Shown here: positions 36,363-50,187 of the stretch, piece by piece
How the letters are laid out: every line of letters starts with the position of its first letter
Position numbering within the stretch: the stretch's first letter is position 1
NCBI GenBank assembly: GCA_036785375.1
Contig: JAWMAR010000008.1
Location: 3,162,001-3,226,000 of the forward strand
Length of the DNA: 64,000 nucleotides
Direction: 5' to 3'
Source of the DNA: Leucoraja ocellata
Lineage: Eukaryota
The notes under the pieces: generated by a model
What the model was told of the DNA's origin: nothing
Database searches by the model: none
Seen by the model: the letters and a program-made list of their open reading frames with translations, nothing else
Made by a program: the position numbers and the translations under genes

Positions 36363-37199
36363 TAAAATGTGTCCATGTGAAAAATCACAGCCCTGTTAGA
36401 CAATACGATTAAATACTGTAATTAATTGGTAATGAGTAATTGGATTAAAGTTATAGATGTACTGTGGATTATATTAGCTGTATAATTGTTGTAACCTGGA
36501 TGTGTTAAGAGGCTCTTGTGCTTCCATTGGAATGATTAGAGATAACAATAGATCTGTTAGTGCTACGAGGTAGCATTGCTACTTGAAGTATTACTGATGT
36601 ATCACTTTGCAACTGCAGCACCATTGGGCCTGCTGATGTACTTAAATGGGACCAGGTGGTTCCTTGAGCCTCCCATCATTCAGGTGATCATAACTGATCT
36701 GTGGCCTGAACTAAAGGTTTCTACAACCTACAATATGCACAAAAATGCAAATATTTATCACCCTTAAAGTAAAATATTGTGGGTTCTGAGATGCTCTCTG
36801 AGATGAAATATTCTAGATTCAGATCCCGTTTGATTGAAATGTCTTTCCCTTAAGTGATCAAACCCTTATCCCAAGATCATGCCCTCTAGATCAAAGTTCT
36901 CCACAGATGCAAACATCCTCACAGCACCTGTACTGATAGACTACCCAGACTCTTGCATGTTTAAATAAAATTGCCACTCCTTCTGGTACACTAGAGAGTA
37001 TAAACCCAATATCCTCTCATACTGAGAATCAGTGTTGAGACACATTGGTAATGGTAGAATTGTTAGATTTGAGGCAGTGATTCCCTACAATCCTGTGCGC
37101 TTCTGAGACATAACTACCTTGGGGTACTAGGGGAAAAATATCAAAGCTATTGCTTCAAAATTATTTAAATTTATGAGAAGGATCCAAGAACCTAGGCCA

Positions 37200-37560
37200 T
37201 GGGCCTCTCCCAGGCCATCACCCCCAGCACTGAGGTCCAAGTTACACTGGGTTGGCTATTTTTGACAGTTCAGGTCACTCAGAAGCTGCCTCTTCTGAAA
37301 CGGGCACTATTCCCAACATCCACTGACTCCTGGAAGTCTGTGGCAAAGGAACATTGCAACTGGTACTGAGAATGTTGAGTGCACACATTAGGATCGTATA
37401 ACAGCCCTCCCTGCCTCTTCGTCCAAGGCAGAAGATGTGCTTATTTAACATTAAGGCACTCCGCTGTACCCCATGTGTAACCTTGATATTGTCTTGCTTC
37501 AGGCTCTGGGGTGGGACTTGAACTCGCAGTCTACTGGAAGCCAGAGTGTTATCAATTGAG
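37200..37560 (-). mobile_element. Old SINE-like remnant with a tRNA-like head
   Basis: ggggtgggacttgaactc...ccagagtgttatcaattgag reads as a B-box/A-box head on the minus strand; body heavily diverged. Confidence 0.4.
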
Positions 37561-38606
37561 ACAATTGTTAAATTTACCAGAATGGTATCTGTCTAAGGAT
37601 TAAATTAAGACCAGGAATGATTTGATTCAAATTTCAAGAAATTAAGCGGATTGAGAGCAGTTGTGGTAGATAAAGGATTTGTGTAGTTGACGAATTGAGG
37701 ACTTGGGAGCATTAGAAATGAATTGGGGTGTTCTTGTATACACACGGAATAGAAGGTTGGGGTAGTCAACCTTCTATTCCGTATGTATACAAGAACACCC
37801 CATTTCATTTCTAATGCTCCCAAGTCCACTATTTCCGTTTGATGCTCTCACTGCCTGACTTTAAACTGTGAATGAGACATTTCTGCTAAGCAAAATGAAA
37901 TAAAATCAGAGTGATGGTGATAAATTACATTAAATAGCGAAAAAAAGATGGAACTGCTGAATATTTCCCCTTTTCTGCACCTGTGAACTTGCCGTGCAAA
38001 TGTCTCTAATGTTGTTGGTTTCATAGGAACAGCTGTAAACCCACTAAATTCACCAGAACTTGTTGAAGATTCTACCATTGCCTAACTCTGTAATCCTGGC
38101 CATGAACTAAGATGTGAGTGAAAGTGATTGGGAGAGGGGGGTGGGAGGGTAGGATAGAAGTAAGTGTAAGCAGCAATGAGTCCATATGATTGGGTATACC
38201 TGATGTATGGTCAGCAGATGTGGGACCACTAAAGTGGCTGGATCCTGACACTCATTTCCTGAGAAGAGCCATTGACTTGTTTTTGATTCCGATCAGATTC
38301 AATTTTAATTGTCATTGTCAGTGTACAGTACAGAGACAACGAAATGCATTTAGCATCTTTTGGTGGGGCCTGACTGAACTTCCGCAGAGTTTTTGATGGG
38401 ACACGGGGGTTGAGACCATTCTATCTCCGTGGTTAATTCACTCCACAAGATCCGATGTGGAAAGTTCCATGTCATGTGCAAGAGGAAAGTGGATCAGGTG
38501 TGTGAAACCACATCAGAGTGTAGGAAGTGATAGTTCTATTTGTCTCTCGATGGCATGTTTTTTTTGGGTTTTTTTTTTAAACCTGTTCTTCCCCTCCAAT
38601 AATTAG

Positions 38607-38750
<144 letters not shown>

Positions 38751-38834
38751 TGAGCATGGGTTACTTTTGATATTGTGTATGTTTGCTCTCGTTTACAGCT
38801 ACAATAATGCTGTGAGCTGCGAATGAATTAGATG

Positions 38835-40625
38835 TGTGGCATGGAAGCAGGCCCTTTGGCCCAACTAACCCATGTTGCTTTCCTGACCTAGTACCATTTG
38901 CTTGTGTTTGATCTATATCTATATCTTTGCATTCCATGTGGTCTGGCTAAATGTCTTTTAATTTTTTTAAATTATACCCATCTCAACCACTTCCTCTGGC
39001 AGCTCATTTCATTTTTGTGTGGAAACACCTGCCCCTCTGGCTCCCTTTAAATCTTTCCCTTCACGCCAAAAACGTATGCCTTCTAGTTTTGGACTCCAAC
39101 CTTTGGGGGGGGAAAAGACTGATCATCCACCTTATCTATGCAACTGACAATTGTATAAACTTCTAAAGTTCACCCCTCAGCCGCCTCCTCCCTAGTGGAA
39201 CAGTCCTAACCTATCCAATGTTTCCTTATAATTCAAGTTGCCCAATCCAAAGCAACATGCCTGCAAATCTTTTCTGCACCCTCTTGTTTAATCACATCAT
39301 TCTTGCATGACAGCCAGAACTTTTCACTATATCCCTGGTGCAGTCTCTAACAACTTGTACAGCTGGAATATTTAAATCCCAACTCTTATACTCGATGCCC
39401 AGTCTGATGAAGGCAAACATGCCATAAAACCTTTTCACCAGCAAAAAACAGACAGCTGGTAGGGAGATTGAGGGGTATGATTTTTCCCTACTGAGGGTGA
39501 AGGGTATACAAATTGAACTGGCAGAGGAAGTAATGGACTCAAGTGCGATTAAAACATTTAAAAGACATTTAACTAAGTACATGGACAAATGACGTTTTGG
39601 GTCAGAACTTTTTCGACTGATCACTACCAAGTCATTCATTGTGTATGTCCTGCCTTGTTGTAACTTCCTAGAAAGTATTCATTTAAGTCTTTGTCCATCT
39701 CCCATGGTTCTGCTCAAAGACGCCCACACTGATCCTATTTTCTCCCTAGTTACATTTTCTCTCTTAATATACATAGAATCTCTAAGGATTCTCCTTGACC
39801 TTATCTGCCAAGAATATCTCCAATTCTTTGTGCCCTTGATATCCTCCTTGCGTGTATTCCAACATTCCTTATACTAAAGGATTGTTTAATCCCAGCTTCC
39901 TATGCCTGACATATGCCTCTTTTTCTAACCTGTGCTTCAGTGTCCCCGCCTTGCCTTTCTCTCTATCAGGAGCATATTGGTCCTGAAATCTTACTTTTGA
40001 AAGCCTCCCCATTGCCAGATGTCAGTATATCTGCTAACAGCCTCTCCCAGCTAACCTTTCTAATGCCATCAAAATTAGCCTTGCCCAGTGTCGAAATGTA
40101 ACTTGTGGACCAGGTCCATATTTTTCCCATAAGTATTTAAAAACTGCTAGAATTAATGGTTGCTGGTCCCAATGTGCTCTCGCACTGACACCTCAGTCAC
40201 ATGCCCAGCCTCATTTCCCAAGAGCTGATTAAGTATTGTCCCTCTAGTTGAGTAATCAGCGTATTGATTGAGCCATCTTTTCCTGAACGCACTTAAGGTT
40301 GGCGCCATCTAATCCCTTGGCATAGACGTCAGATCAGTATCAGGGAAATTAAAATCACTAACTTCCTTCAGCTATCTGCGATCCCCATACATACGCTGCT
40401 CTATTTCCTGCTGTCTACTGGGGACTTGGAATACAATCTCACAGCCTCACTGGATGATCCCATAGGATTATCCTGTTTAAGTAGTGCAGTAATGCTGGGC
40501 CTGATTTAAAAAAATACAACTCCTCTTCAGGTCTTGCCTCCTTCTTTCATGTCTGGCACATTTATACCCTAAAACATTGGGCTGCCTTTCCTCAACTATG
40601 TTTCTGTAATAGCTATAATATCATG
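38835..40625. mobile_element. Cluster of old CR1 fragments (mostly minus strand; a plus-strand 3' piece at ~39455-39590)
   Basis: Minus-strand peptide YGMFAFIRLGIEYKSWD; CR1-like 3' ends; degraded ORF2-like sequence at 39640-40620. Confidence 0.65.
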
Positions 40626-41145
40626 CGCTGTGTTAAATCTTTGGCTGAATGTGTTGCTAGATTAACAAAACTGGTTATGTTCCAAAACAAAGTGTCTCTG
40701 GTGTAAAAGGAAAAATAACTGTGTGACATAAATTGTGTGGCACATAGTAAATGGTGCAGTTAATAAATGTGGCATCAGAGTGCACTGATGTACAAGAGCA
40801 CTATGAATCAGTGTTTGACCTTCAGCTTATAAATTCTATTATAAGATGATTCCCCTTCTAGGAGAGAGGCCAATGTGAAAACATTTCATTTTTTTGTCTC
40901 AGACATGCGATTAAACGGACAATATTGGGTAATCTAAAGATTATGTAAATTTGCATCATGATGGACGTTGGTATGAAACATCCTTGCGTTTGATTTGAAC
41001 AAAGCTGCTTTCCTTGTCAGCAGTTCCCACCCCCCCCCCCCACAGGCAGCATGCCTGTGCAAAGATTTCATGTTCAATCAGGCAGTGACCCTCAAATAAT
41101 CCCTGCAGTGTTTCAGGGGAGGGCTAGACAATCCACCCTCTGAAT

Positions 41146-41415
41146 GGCATGGCGGTAGAGTTGCTGCCTTGCAGCGCCAGGGATCCGGGTTAGATCCAGA
41201 CTACAAATGCTTGTCTGTACAGACTTTGTACGTTCTCCCCATGACCTGTTAGGTTTTCTCCGGTTTCCTCCCGGACTCCAAAGGCGCACAGGTTTGCAGG
41301 TTAATTGGCTTGGTATAATTGTAAATTGATTATAGATTGTCTAGGATAATGTAAGAGTGTGGGGATCACTGGTCAGCACAGACTCGGGCCAAAGGACCTG
41401 TATCTCTAAAACTAA
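41146..41415 (+). mobile_element. tRNA-derived SINE
   Basis: ggcatggcggtagagttgctgcc...ccgggttagatcc...tgtatctctaaaactaa. Confidence 0.88.
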
Positions 41416-41674
41416 CACTACAGGATATGTTTCATGAAAAACACTGTCCATTCCATGACCTTGGTGGATAAGTGAGGGAGGTGGGGGTCGGGGGAAAGTT
41501 ACTGGCAAGAGGAAGGTTGATAAGGGAGCTCACCTCACTTTTGTATTTACGCTGCCAGGTGAATATTTGGGCACCACACATACCAGATCGATGTCCTTGT
41601 ATTCTGTCCCACTATTAAGCGGTTACACTGTTGTCCAAATTATGATTAATATGGATTCAACCCTTGACAACTAT

Positions 41675-41935
41675 TTTTAGAGATAGTGTGGAAACAGGCC
41701 CTTCGGCCCACCGAGTCCACAACAACCATCGATCCCCGCACATCAATGCTATCCTACGCACACTAGGCACAATTTACACATACACCAAGCCAATTAACCC
41801 ACATACCTGTATGTCTTTGGAGTGTGGGAGGAAACCGAAGATCTCAGAGAAAACCCACACAGTCACAGGGAGAACATACAGCACCGGCTTTATGGAGTTT
41901 GTAGGGCAGCAACTCTATAGTACCCAGTCTGCCAT
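41675..41935 (-). mobile_element. tRNA-derived SINE (5' part decayed)
   Basis: tttagagatagtgtggaaacaggcccttcggcccaccgagtcc...gggaggaaaccgaagatctc. Confidence 0.88.
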
Positions 41936-42240
41936 GTCCCCAAATCATTCATTCTTATTCTAGAAATGCCTCAACACTTGGACTCCCCTGTCCTCTCAGT
42001 TCCATGCTTCACACTTTTACTGGTCTTTGGTATCACACTCTCCTGACCTCCCTTCATACATTTCTCTAGTAGCATTTTGCATCTGCCCTTGTTAACATAG
42101 GCTCCTGCTGCAATATGATGGGAGTAACTGTGATTGGAGAGAACGGTTAATGATTGGGTGTGCATTTTGTCCTGCTTTCTTTCAATAAAAGCTTAAATAT
42201 GATAACATGGACAAGGTTTTCTTTTTCCTGCCTCCAATAG

Positions 42241-42300
42241 GATACGCCATTGTCATGGGATCACCGAGTGAGCTTTGCCAGAGACATCGCTGAAGGAATG
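42241..42300 (+). CDS. LIMK1: LIMK1 exon 11 (DTPLSWDHRVSFARDIAEGM)
   Basis: caatag| acceptor, ATG|GTAAGT donor, 60 nt. Confidence 0.96.
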
Positions 42301-42713
42301 GTAAGTTGTTGGGACTTGCAGAGGATCAGACAAAAATCCTGCAGATTGTATTTGAAATTTAGACTGACCCAGAGGATGTTAGCACAAAAGGACCCACTAT
42401 TTATCACATGACAGTAGTTAGTACGTGTGTATCTCAAACCTTGGTTTCATAAAGTTCAGCAGAACAACCTGACTTTTGATGGTGGCTGCAGCTCTAGAGG
42501 GCTTTGCAACTGCAGATGAAGTGCAGTAATGTGGACAGGTTTTCAGGAGAGCTGAGTATTGTAGCCAAGTTAACCTCCACCCATTGTGCTTGGAAGAACA
42601 GTATATCTCCCCTCCCCTCACCAAGGTGTACAGGAGACCCTTGTTAAGTAAATTGAAGGAGGTGCTGTTATATTTTGTAAGCTCCACTTATCTTCCTGTC
42701 TTTCTGATTTCAG

Positions 42714-42779
42714 TCCTATCTGCATTCCATGAACATCATCCACCGAGATTTGAACTCTCATAACTGTCTAGTGCGTGAG
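42714..42779 (+). CDS. LIMK1: LIMK1 exon 12 ([22 protein letters not shown])
   Basis: tttcag| acceptor, GAG|GTAAGC donor, 66 nt, LIMK-specific DLNSHN loop. Confidence 0.98.
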
Positions 42780-44010
42780 GTAAGCATCGCCAAAGTGACG
42801 TGTAAAGGAATATGTGGCAAGTGTGGGAACGCTGGGTGCACTTTTTTCAGGTAGAATATCCTGAATATTGTTGTGGCTACTCCTGTGCAAAACTTTCTCA
42901 CACACATCCCAGGCGATTGGTAATCTCTGGTGGCATGTGGGGAGGGGACAAGCGTCGCTTGGAGAAAGGTTGAGGCTGAAGTTGGAGACTCCAGATGACA
43001 GTGGTCATCTATTGGGGGTCCCTATTGGGGGTCCCAAGTACTGGGGGCCAGCATCTGAGTGCTGAGCGGATCTTGAACAATGGTGGTCCATTCCGATGGG
43101 GAGTGTGACTGAATGAAACATATAGAGGCGAGGTGTAGATGCACCAGGTTTTTATTCCATGCACAGGGGAGCCTGAAGGGTGAATCTTTTGGGATTAACC
43201 CCAAGCCCCAAAATACATTGAATTTTAATATTCTTAAGAATAAAAATTGTGGAAATTTTAGTTGTTATAGTTAAATTTATGTCAATGTTTTTGACGAACA
43301 CTCTGAATATTCATCACCTTTGGGACCAGGTGGCTCGCATCAATATTGCCAAAGATTTGGAGGACAAAACCCAGATTACTGTATTGTGTGGACTAACTCT
43401 GGACACCCCAACACCAAGTATTGATTTATTGAACAAATATGCCTGCGGCCATGTTTGATGTGCTAAATGGTAAAATATCACATCCAGGACATTCCTTGAT
43501 TTGGCCTCAATGGTGCACATACCTTGGTTGAAAAGGTATGATGTCGGCCATTTAAAATAGCCACATGGTCTATGTATTTGGCCAGTGCATACCAGAGTGC
43601 CTCGTGGTGATGTCAGTTTCCAAATCCCATTGCCTTAATGGCTGCCTGCTGTGAGCCAGTAGCCTACTCCTTCAGATGGGAGTGTTTATTCCTGCAACTA
43701 TCCTTGTAATTTCAAAGCCAATTTGGTTTATAGGGGTTATTTGTGAACAGTTTCACTGGTTCTTGTTTGTATTAATTGCTACCACCCTTCAGCAGCTCAG
43801 TATAGCTGCTTCATCCCCAACATGGTGAGAAGGTCTAGGATGATGGAGTTCTCAATTTAGGACACTGGACACTTCCAGTCACATTGATCCCTGTCTGCAG
43901 GAGAGTTCTTGGGCATTGTTCACACTGGCCAACGGATAACGTGGCTGGACCAGTAGTGGTCCTTGTTTGATGGGGTGGTGACTGCTGGGTTGTGTGAGTT
44001 ATCCAAATGA

Positions 44011-44244
<234 letters not shown>

Positions 44245-44325
44245 TAGTGTCCACTGTGTGCAACATGTCTTCCACAAGTTATCCATTACCTACATCCATA
44301 CTTCTGAGTCGCGCTATTTCACCAT

Positions 44326-44640
44326 TACAGTGGCGCAGCGGTAGTGTTGCTGCCTTAAAGCACCAGAGACCCGGGTTTAATCCTGACTACGGGTGCTGCC
44401 TATACGGAGTTTGCATGTTCTCCCTGGGACAACGTGGGTTTTCTACTGGTGCTCGGGTTTCCCCCCACATTGCAAAGACATGCAGGTTTGTAGGTTAATT
44501 GGTTTCTATAAATTGCCCCTAGTGTGTAGGATGTGAACCTTTGATAACATAGAACTAGTGTACGGGTCATTGTTGATCGGCGCGGACTCAGTGGGCTAAA
44601 GGGTCTTTTTCCACACTGTATCTGTAAACTAAATTAAATC
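44326..44640 (+). mobile_element. tRNA-derived SINE
   Basis: acagtggcgcagcggtagtgttgctgcc...ccgggtttaatcctgac...tgtatctgtaaactaaa. Confidence 0.9.
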
Positions 44641-45513
44641 CCATCCAACAATCCACACTTTATATGTGAGCAGTGCAGTGAACATCATCCAAACATTTGA
44701 CCGCACAGGACATTACGTTGTCTTAGCATAGCTTCCCCAACTGATCACTTTCCATCAGGTGTCTGAGTTATTATTGGGATTGGACGAGTCAATCGGGTTC
44801 ATTCACTTCATCGGTTTGGCTGCCAATCGGGTTGGCAGGAGATTAAACCTGTGGCTTTCTGGACCGGTGATTCAGTAGCCATGCATCAATCCAATGGGTC
44901 TTGGAATGACTGCAGGAAAGCTTAATATTATGTCAAATAAAATAATTTTAATGATTATAAACAGGAGAGTCTTATTCCTTCAGCCTGACAAGTTACATAC
45001 TTCGAACTTGTAATGTTGCTTGTCCAATCCAGGGGTGCTGAGCACTTTCCTGAGCACTAACTGCATGCCATTCTAACCCAATCTACATTACTGGGTTCAA
45101 ACCAACAGTGCAGCATGGCAAGAGCACCAGCCTGTGCAGTCTTGATGCAGGGATTGCTCGCACTCTCTTCAGTGCTGTCCAGCACTGGATGCTTGCTTCA
45201 GCTGTGCATCCCCCAGTGCTCCCTCTGGTGGTGGTCATCATTTGGTGATGTTTGTGGCTCAGTGGAGCTCCTGGGCTTCGGTATTGCTTGGTGGAGCTGG
45301 AATCCAGTTGCTTTCCATCTGCACTCTTTTAGAACATAGCATAGACCCACTATGTCCACATTGAACAAGATGGCAAATTACCACCTCTACCTGCACGTGA
45401 ATTATATCCCTCCATTGTTTGGTGCTTTTTATGTGGTGCTTTTTTTAAAAAAAAAAAGAAAAATGTAATCTGTATTTACTATTACTGATCTCTGCTGATT
45501 TTTATTTTCTCAG

Positions 45514-45569
45514 GAAAAAGCTATGATGAGAAAGTTGACATCTTCTCATTTGGGATTATGCTGTGTGAG
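45514..45569 (+). CDS. LIMK1: LIMK1 exon 14 (KSYDEKVDIFSFGIMLCE)
   Basis: tctcag| acceptor, GAG|GTAAGA donor, 56 nt. Confidence 0.97.
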
Positions 45570-47160
45570 GTAAGAAAATGAACTGAAGTGCTGTAGTGTT
45601 CCTGACTAAAGACTAAGAAATAATGTAATAACAAGGAACTGCAGATGCTGGTTCATACCAAAGATAGACAAAATGCCGGAGTAACTCAACAGGTCAGGCA
45701 GCATCCCTAGAGAACATGAATGGGGGAGATCTAGGACGGGAAGGTCAATATGGGTTTAAAACAAAAAACCTTCAGAGAGAACTTCTTCAAAGTAGGTGTG
45801 CACTGAAGAGACCACAGTGGAGTTGTGCAATGTTGTAATAAGACAAAATAATAAAAATAAAGACTAAGACACTTCCTTTGAACAGTTTTGTGAATATGTT
45901 GGAATTGTGAACAGAATGTTGCATCGGGTTCTTAATAAGGAGGGAGCATACCATTTAAATAAAAAAGGAAGCCAAAAACCTTGACTTGTGTTATTCCAGA
46001 CTCTCCTCCATTGTCCCAGTGTGATTGGGACAGATGCCAAACACAACTGAAGTGGCTCGGATCGCAGAGGGTCCTCTTGAATCTCAAGTGGAAGGGGGTG
46101 TGTTTTAAAAAAAAAAACTTGTTCATGAGAATAAGTAGAGTTAAAGGGTGGATGTGGACTAATCTTATGTGGATGTAACATTGTATCTGTTAGGGAAATA
46201 TACTGCAATTTTGATTGTTCTTCAGTTGAGAGGAAAGGTGGCACCAAGTGATAGGACTTGAACTGATTCAGAGCGTTGTTACAACACAAGAAGACCATTT
46301 GGCCCAACCAACATACCAGCGATATGTTTTGCAAAAAGCCTGTGCTGCAAATAGCTGGTTAAAATCCATTGTCGCTTCATCCATTAGTCCACGTTCATAG
46401 ATACAACCCATACCTTACAATAGTGGGGTACAACCTAAAATCTCAATCGTAAAGGTTTCACCTCTTGGAAGAATATAGTAGTATTTGGATTGTAATGGCC
46501 TGTTTGCAGTTTCTGCATTCAAATTAGAAGCACCTTGATCATTGAGTTAGGAATGCAGCAGTTTATACAACACACCAAAGAATCGCCAGAGATTGCTGAT
46601 TATTCAAATGAACATAAAGTAGAGGGATTGGGTTTGCCCTCTATCAAAACTGGGCAAACTTTGTGATTGTGCTGGTTGCCAGGAAGTAAGTTTCTACCCT
46701 CGCATGATCCATTTTCAGACCTGAGTCTTATTGCATATCTTGGGGCTTATGCCCGAAATTATTTGATACCTTGTCTCAGCTTTAGAAGTGTCTCATTCAG
46801 TGTACTAATGGAGTCCATGCAGAACACATTCTGTAGGGGATTCGGTCTGTCAGCCAGCATCTGGGGAAGGGACAGACAGGCAACCTTTTGGGTCAAGAAC
46901 CCTTCAGTCAGTCTGAAGAAGGGTCCAGCCCAAAATGCAGTCTGATCATTCTCTCCACTGAAGTCTGCCTGATCCATCAGCACTTTGTGTTTTGCTCAAG
47001 ATTTCAGCATCTGCAATCTCTTGTCTTCATGAAGTAGCCAATAAATTGAAAGCCTCGTGTATGAAGTATTTTGAACATAGACTGAACAGGTTTGTTCTTG
47101 TGTGGCCAAAGTCTCAGTACATTGCCTCAGCTTTATTTTTCCTCTCTTGTTTTGCTGAAG

Positions 47161-47318
47161 CTGATTGGCAGAGTGAATGCAGACCCAGATTACTTGCCCA
47201 GAACATCAGACTTTGGTCTGAATGTCCCGGTATTCTTGGATCGATACTGTCCTGAGGAATGTCCAGCTGCCTTCTTCCCACTTGCAGTCATGTGCTGTGA
47301 TCTGGATCCTGAAAAGCG
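47161..47318 (+). CDS. LIMK1: LIMK1 exon 15 ([31 protein letters not shown])
   Basis: ctgaag| acceptor (AAG type), CG|GTGAGT donor, 158 nt. Confidence 0.96.
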
Positions 47319-48019
47319 GTGAGTAGTTCATAGAATGACTTTTGGTACACGTTTTGTCAAGGTTTGGATTGTGCAGTGATTGAGGAATGGAGTAGGAAGA
47401 TTTGGGCTAATTTTGGCGATGGTTCAGTTAATTGGATAAATTGGGATGAGCTGGTTGAGACAGGATTTCCCAAGATTTTGGTGGACTAAACAGAAATTAG
47501 CCAGGTTGTATCTATCCTCTTTTGTGAACATTCATACCTAGAAATGTTCTACATAATACAGAAAATAAAGTGTTGTAACTATACTGGAACGGCTTGGGTA
47601 AAGGTGGAGCTAGTTGTGGAGTGCTGGCCTTAAGCTAAGGTGATGTGTGGTTCCGTAAACTTTGCTGTATCCAGTGCTCTCAACGTGTTATGATATCACA
47701 CTGAGTGAATTGGCTGAAGATTAGTTTGTGACAACGAGGATCTCGGGAGGACAATGGGGTGTATCATTTGTTTTTCACATCTGGTTGTGGATGCTTCAAC
47801 CTTGAGTAGTTACATGCTGGGCCCTGCTAACATTGAGGGTGAGGATATTCTCCTTTTAGATCATTGTTGCCCATCATTCACGACTAGATATGTTTGACTG
47901 CAGATAATGTATCCCCTTGAATATCTGCTACTGCTGATAACTGCCCTACCTTTCAATCTACCCCCCCCCCCCCCTCCACTTTAGCTGGCTCTGCCCTCGA
48001 CATTGTATTTGTTTTAATA

Positions 48020-49220
48020 TAAATATAATATATTCTGTTCCCCGAGGATTGAATTTGAGATTCCACTGTGCTATGATCGCTATTTCCTTGGGGATCCTTT
48101 ACTATGAGATCATTAATTAATCCAGTCTCATTACACCATACCCAGTTTTAAATAGTCTGCTCCTTAATTGGTTGTTCAACATATTGCTGCTCCTGACAAT
48201 TTGATTTGTCCAATCTACATATTTAAAATTGACTATGCTTGGCACACCATCTATCATTAAGCCCCCCCATTAGTTATTGATTTATATTCTGTCCTACGGT
48301 TCAGCTGCTGTTATGAGCCTGATACACTGCCCCCACCACTGACTGACATCTTGTTATTTCCTTGCTGATCTTCAGAATTATTTAAGCTTTCCAGGAGAAG
48401 CATTCTTCACCACTGCAGTGTTCTCATGCATTAACTCCTCGACCTCATCTTTTCCTTTCCGCTTGTCCTTCTGAAATGTCAAGCACCTCTGAAGATTTGA
48501 TCACTTTGCAATCACATCTTCATTGTGGCAGTCGATCATATCTGTTTGTTTCTGCTTGTTCCATTATTTGTACAATTGCAGCAAGCATTTGTGCAAATCG
48601 CCTTTATCATTTTTCTTACTGACTTTATTTGTTGGCACACACTATTTGTAGTCTAACCCTTGATACTCAGATTTATTGGTATCCCTGTCATTGTTCTGTA
48701 CTGTTGTCTCTTCCTGTCCCTTTAACTTTCTAAGTTCCTCTCTGCCTGAGCCCCTATATTCTATATCAAAAAACAAAGTGCTGGATGAGCTCAGCAGATC
48801 AGACAGTATCTGTGGAGGGAATGGATAGGCAGCATTTTGGGTGAGGAACCTACTTCGGACATTGTAGTGGGGGGAGGGGGGAATGGAGAGGAGGAAAATA
48901 GAATTAATTAATAGAATGGTTGCTGAGAGGATATTTCCCCCTAACCAGCATAATTGGAACAAGGGGCATAGTTTCAGAATAATGAATCACTTATTCAGAC
49001 GCAGATTAGGAAGAATATCTGAGGTTGTGCATTGTTAGACGTCTCTGTTCATGATGGGGATGTTGAGTGTGTTCAAGATGGGGATTGCCAAACATTCAAA
49101 TGACAGAGGAGTAGAGTAGTATAGGGAGTGCTGTTGAAGTTGACTTTGTAAACGGAAGCAATCTTATCATAGAATGAACCAGGCTCGAGGGAATGATGGA
49201 CCTACTGTTCCTGTTTGTGT
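48020..49220. mobile_element. Old CR1 remnants (minus strand ~48020-48600; plus-strand 3' end ~48910-49220) around a palindromic-element arm
   Basis: CR1-like phrases (ctttactatgagatcattaattaatcc; aaggggcatagtttcagaataa), heavily diverged. Confidence 0.55.
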
Positions 49221-50036
49221 TTTGTGGTTCGATTTATGAAGTTGGCTAAAAGGAATGAGTACAGGTTTGGCTCATTTGATGCATCGGTATAGAAAAAGCA
49301 AAATAATTTGATTGATACTATGGGAGTGTAGTATTTGGTAAGGAGATTGCAGATCATTCGCTGTGTCTACTACCATTCCTGATAATTGTTGAAAAAGTAT
49401 AATGGAATTATTAATCAGTAATTTAACGCATGAAGATTGGCCTAGAAGCCCCTTGCGTTATGTTTGAGATACTGTGGTATGACAGAGTATTATGAAAATA
49501 TGGCTTGTTATTTCTGGTTGTCTATTTAACTCTGTGATTCTGTTCATTCAGATTTGAATGTTAATCACTTAAGTTTTAAGGAAATTTCCTATCGTTCAAT
49601 TATCTATAACATGGACGTGTAAATGCTAATAGACTGAGCATTTGAATTACCTTGGCAATTTTGCCTTGTTCTCAACCTTTTGTCAGGCTCTCTTGTAATT
49701 TAACCCAATGATGTTGAGGTATAATAAAATGTAGATTTTCCATTCCACCAATTTGGGTCGTGCCTTATCCTTTGGGCAGAGGATTGAACCACCAAACCAA
49801 CAGTGTTTGAAGGGATTGCTTTCACGTGCTGAAATGGCGAAAATCTCCATCTCCCAAAAACAAACTAGTAACTTTGCAAAACTCCTCTGCATTTATTTGC
49901 AATGGCCTGTGAATTGGGTTCAATGAGAGGTTTAAGAGTGATGTCAATATCAAGCCATATATTTGTGCTGTAACATTTGAACTGTTTTCTGGAGGCCTTC
50001 CATGTTGGTTCTGAAGCCCGTGTTTCTATTTCATAG

Positions 50037-50187
50037 ACAGTCCTTCATGAAGTTGGGGCAGTGGCTTTTGGCCCTGAAATTGCATGTGGAGATGCACCTC
50101 CCTCTCGCATCTGACCTGGAACAGATCGATCAGTCCTTCTTCCAGAATCATTCGAGGAGCAAGGAGAAGTTTCTGGAGCCCATGTGA
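50037..50187 (+). CDS. LIMK1: LIMK1 exon 16, coding part (QSFMKLGQWLLALKLHVEMHLPLASDLEQIDQSFFQNHSRSKEKFLEPM*)
   Basis: tcatag| acceptor; aligns with human PSFVKLEHWLETLRMHLAGHLPLGPQLEQLDRGF; TGA at 50185-50187. Confidence 0.94.
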
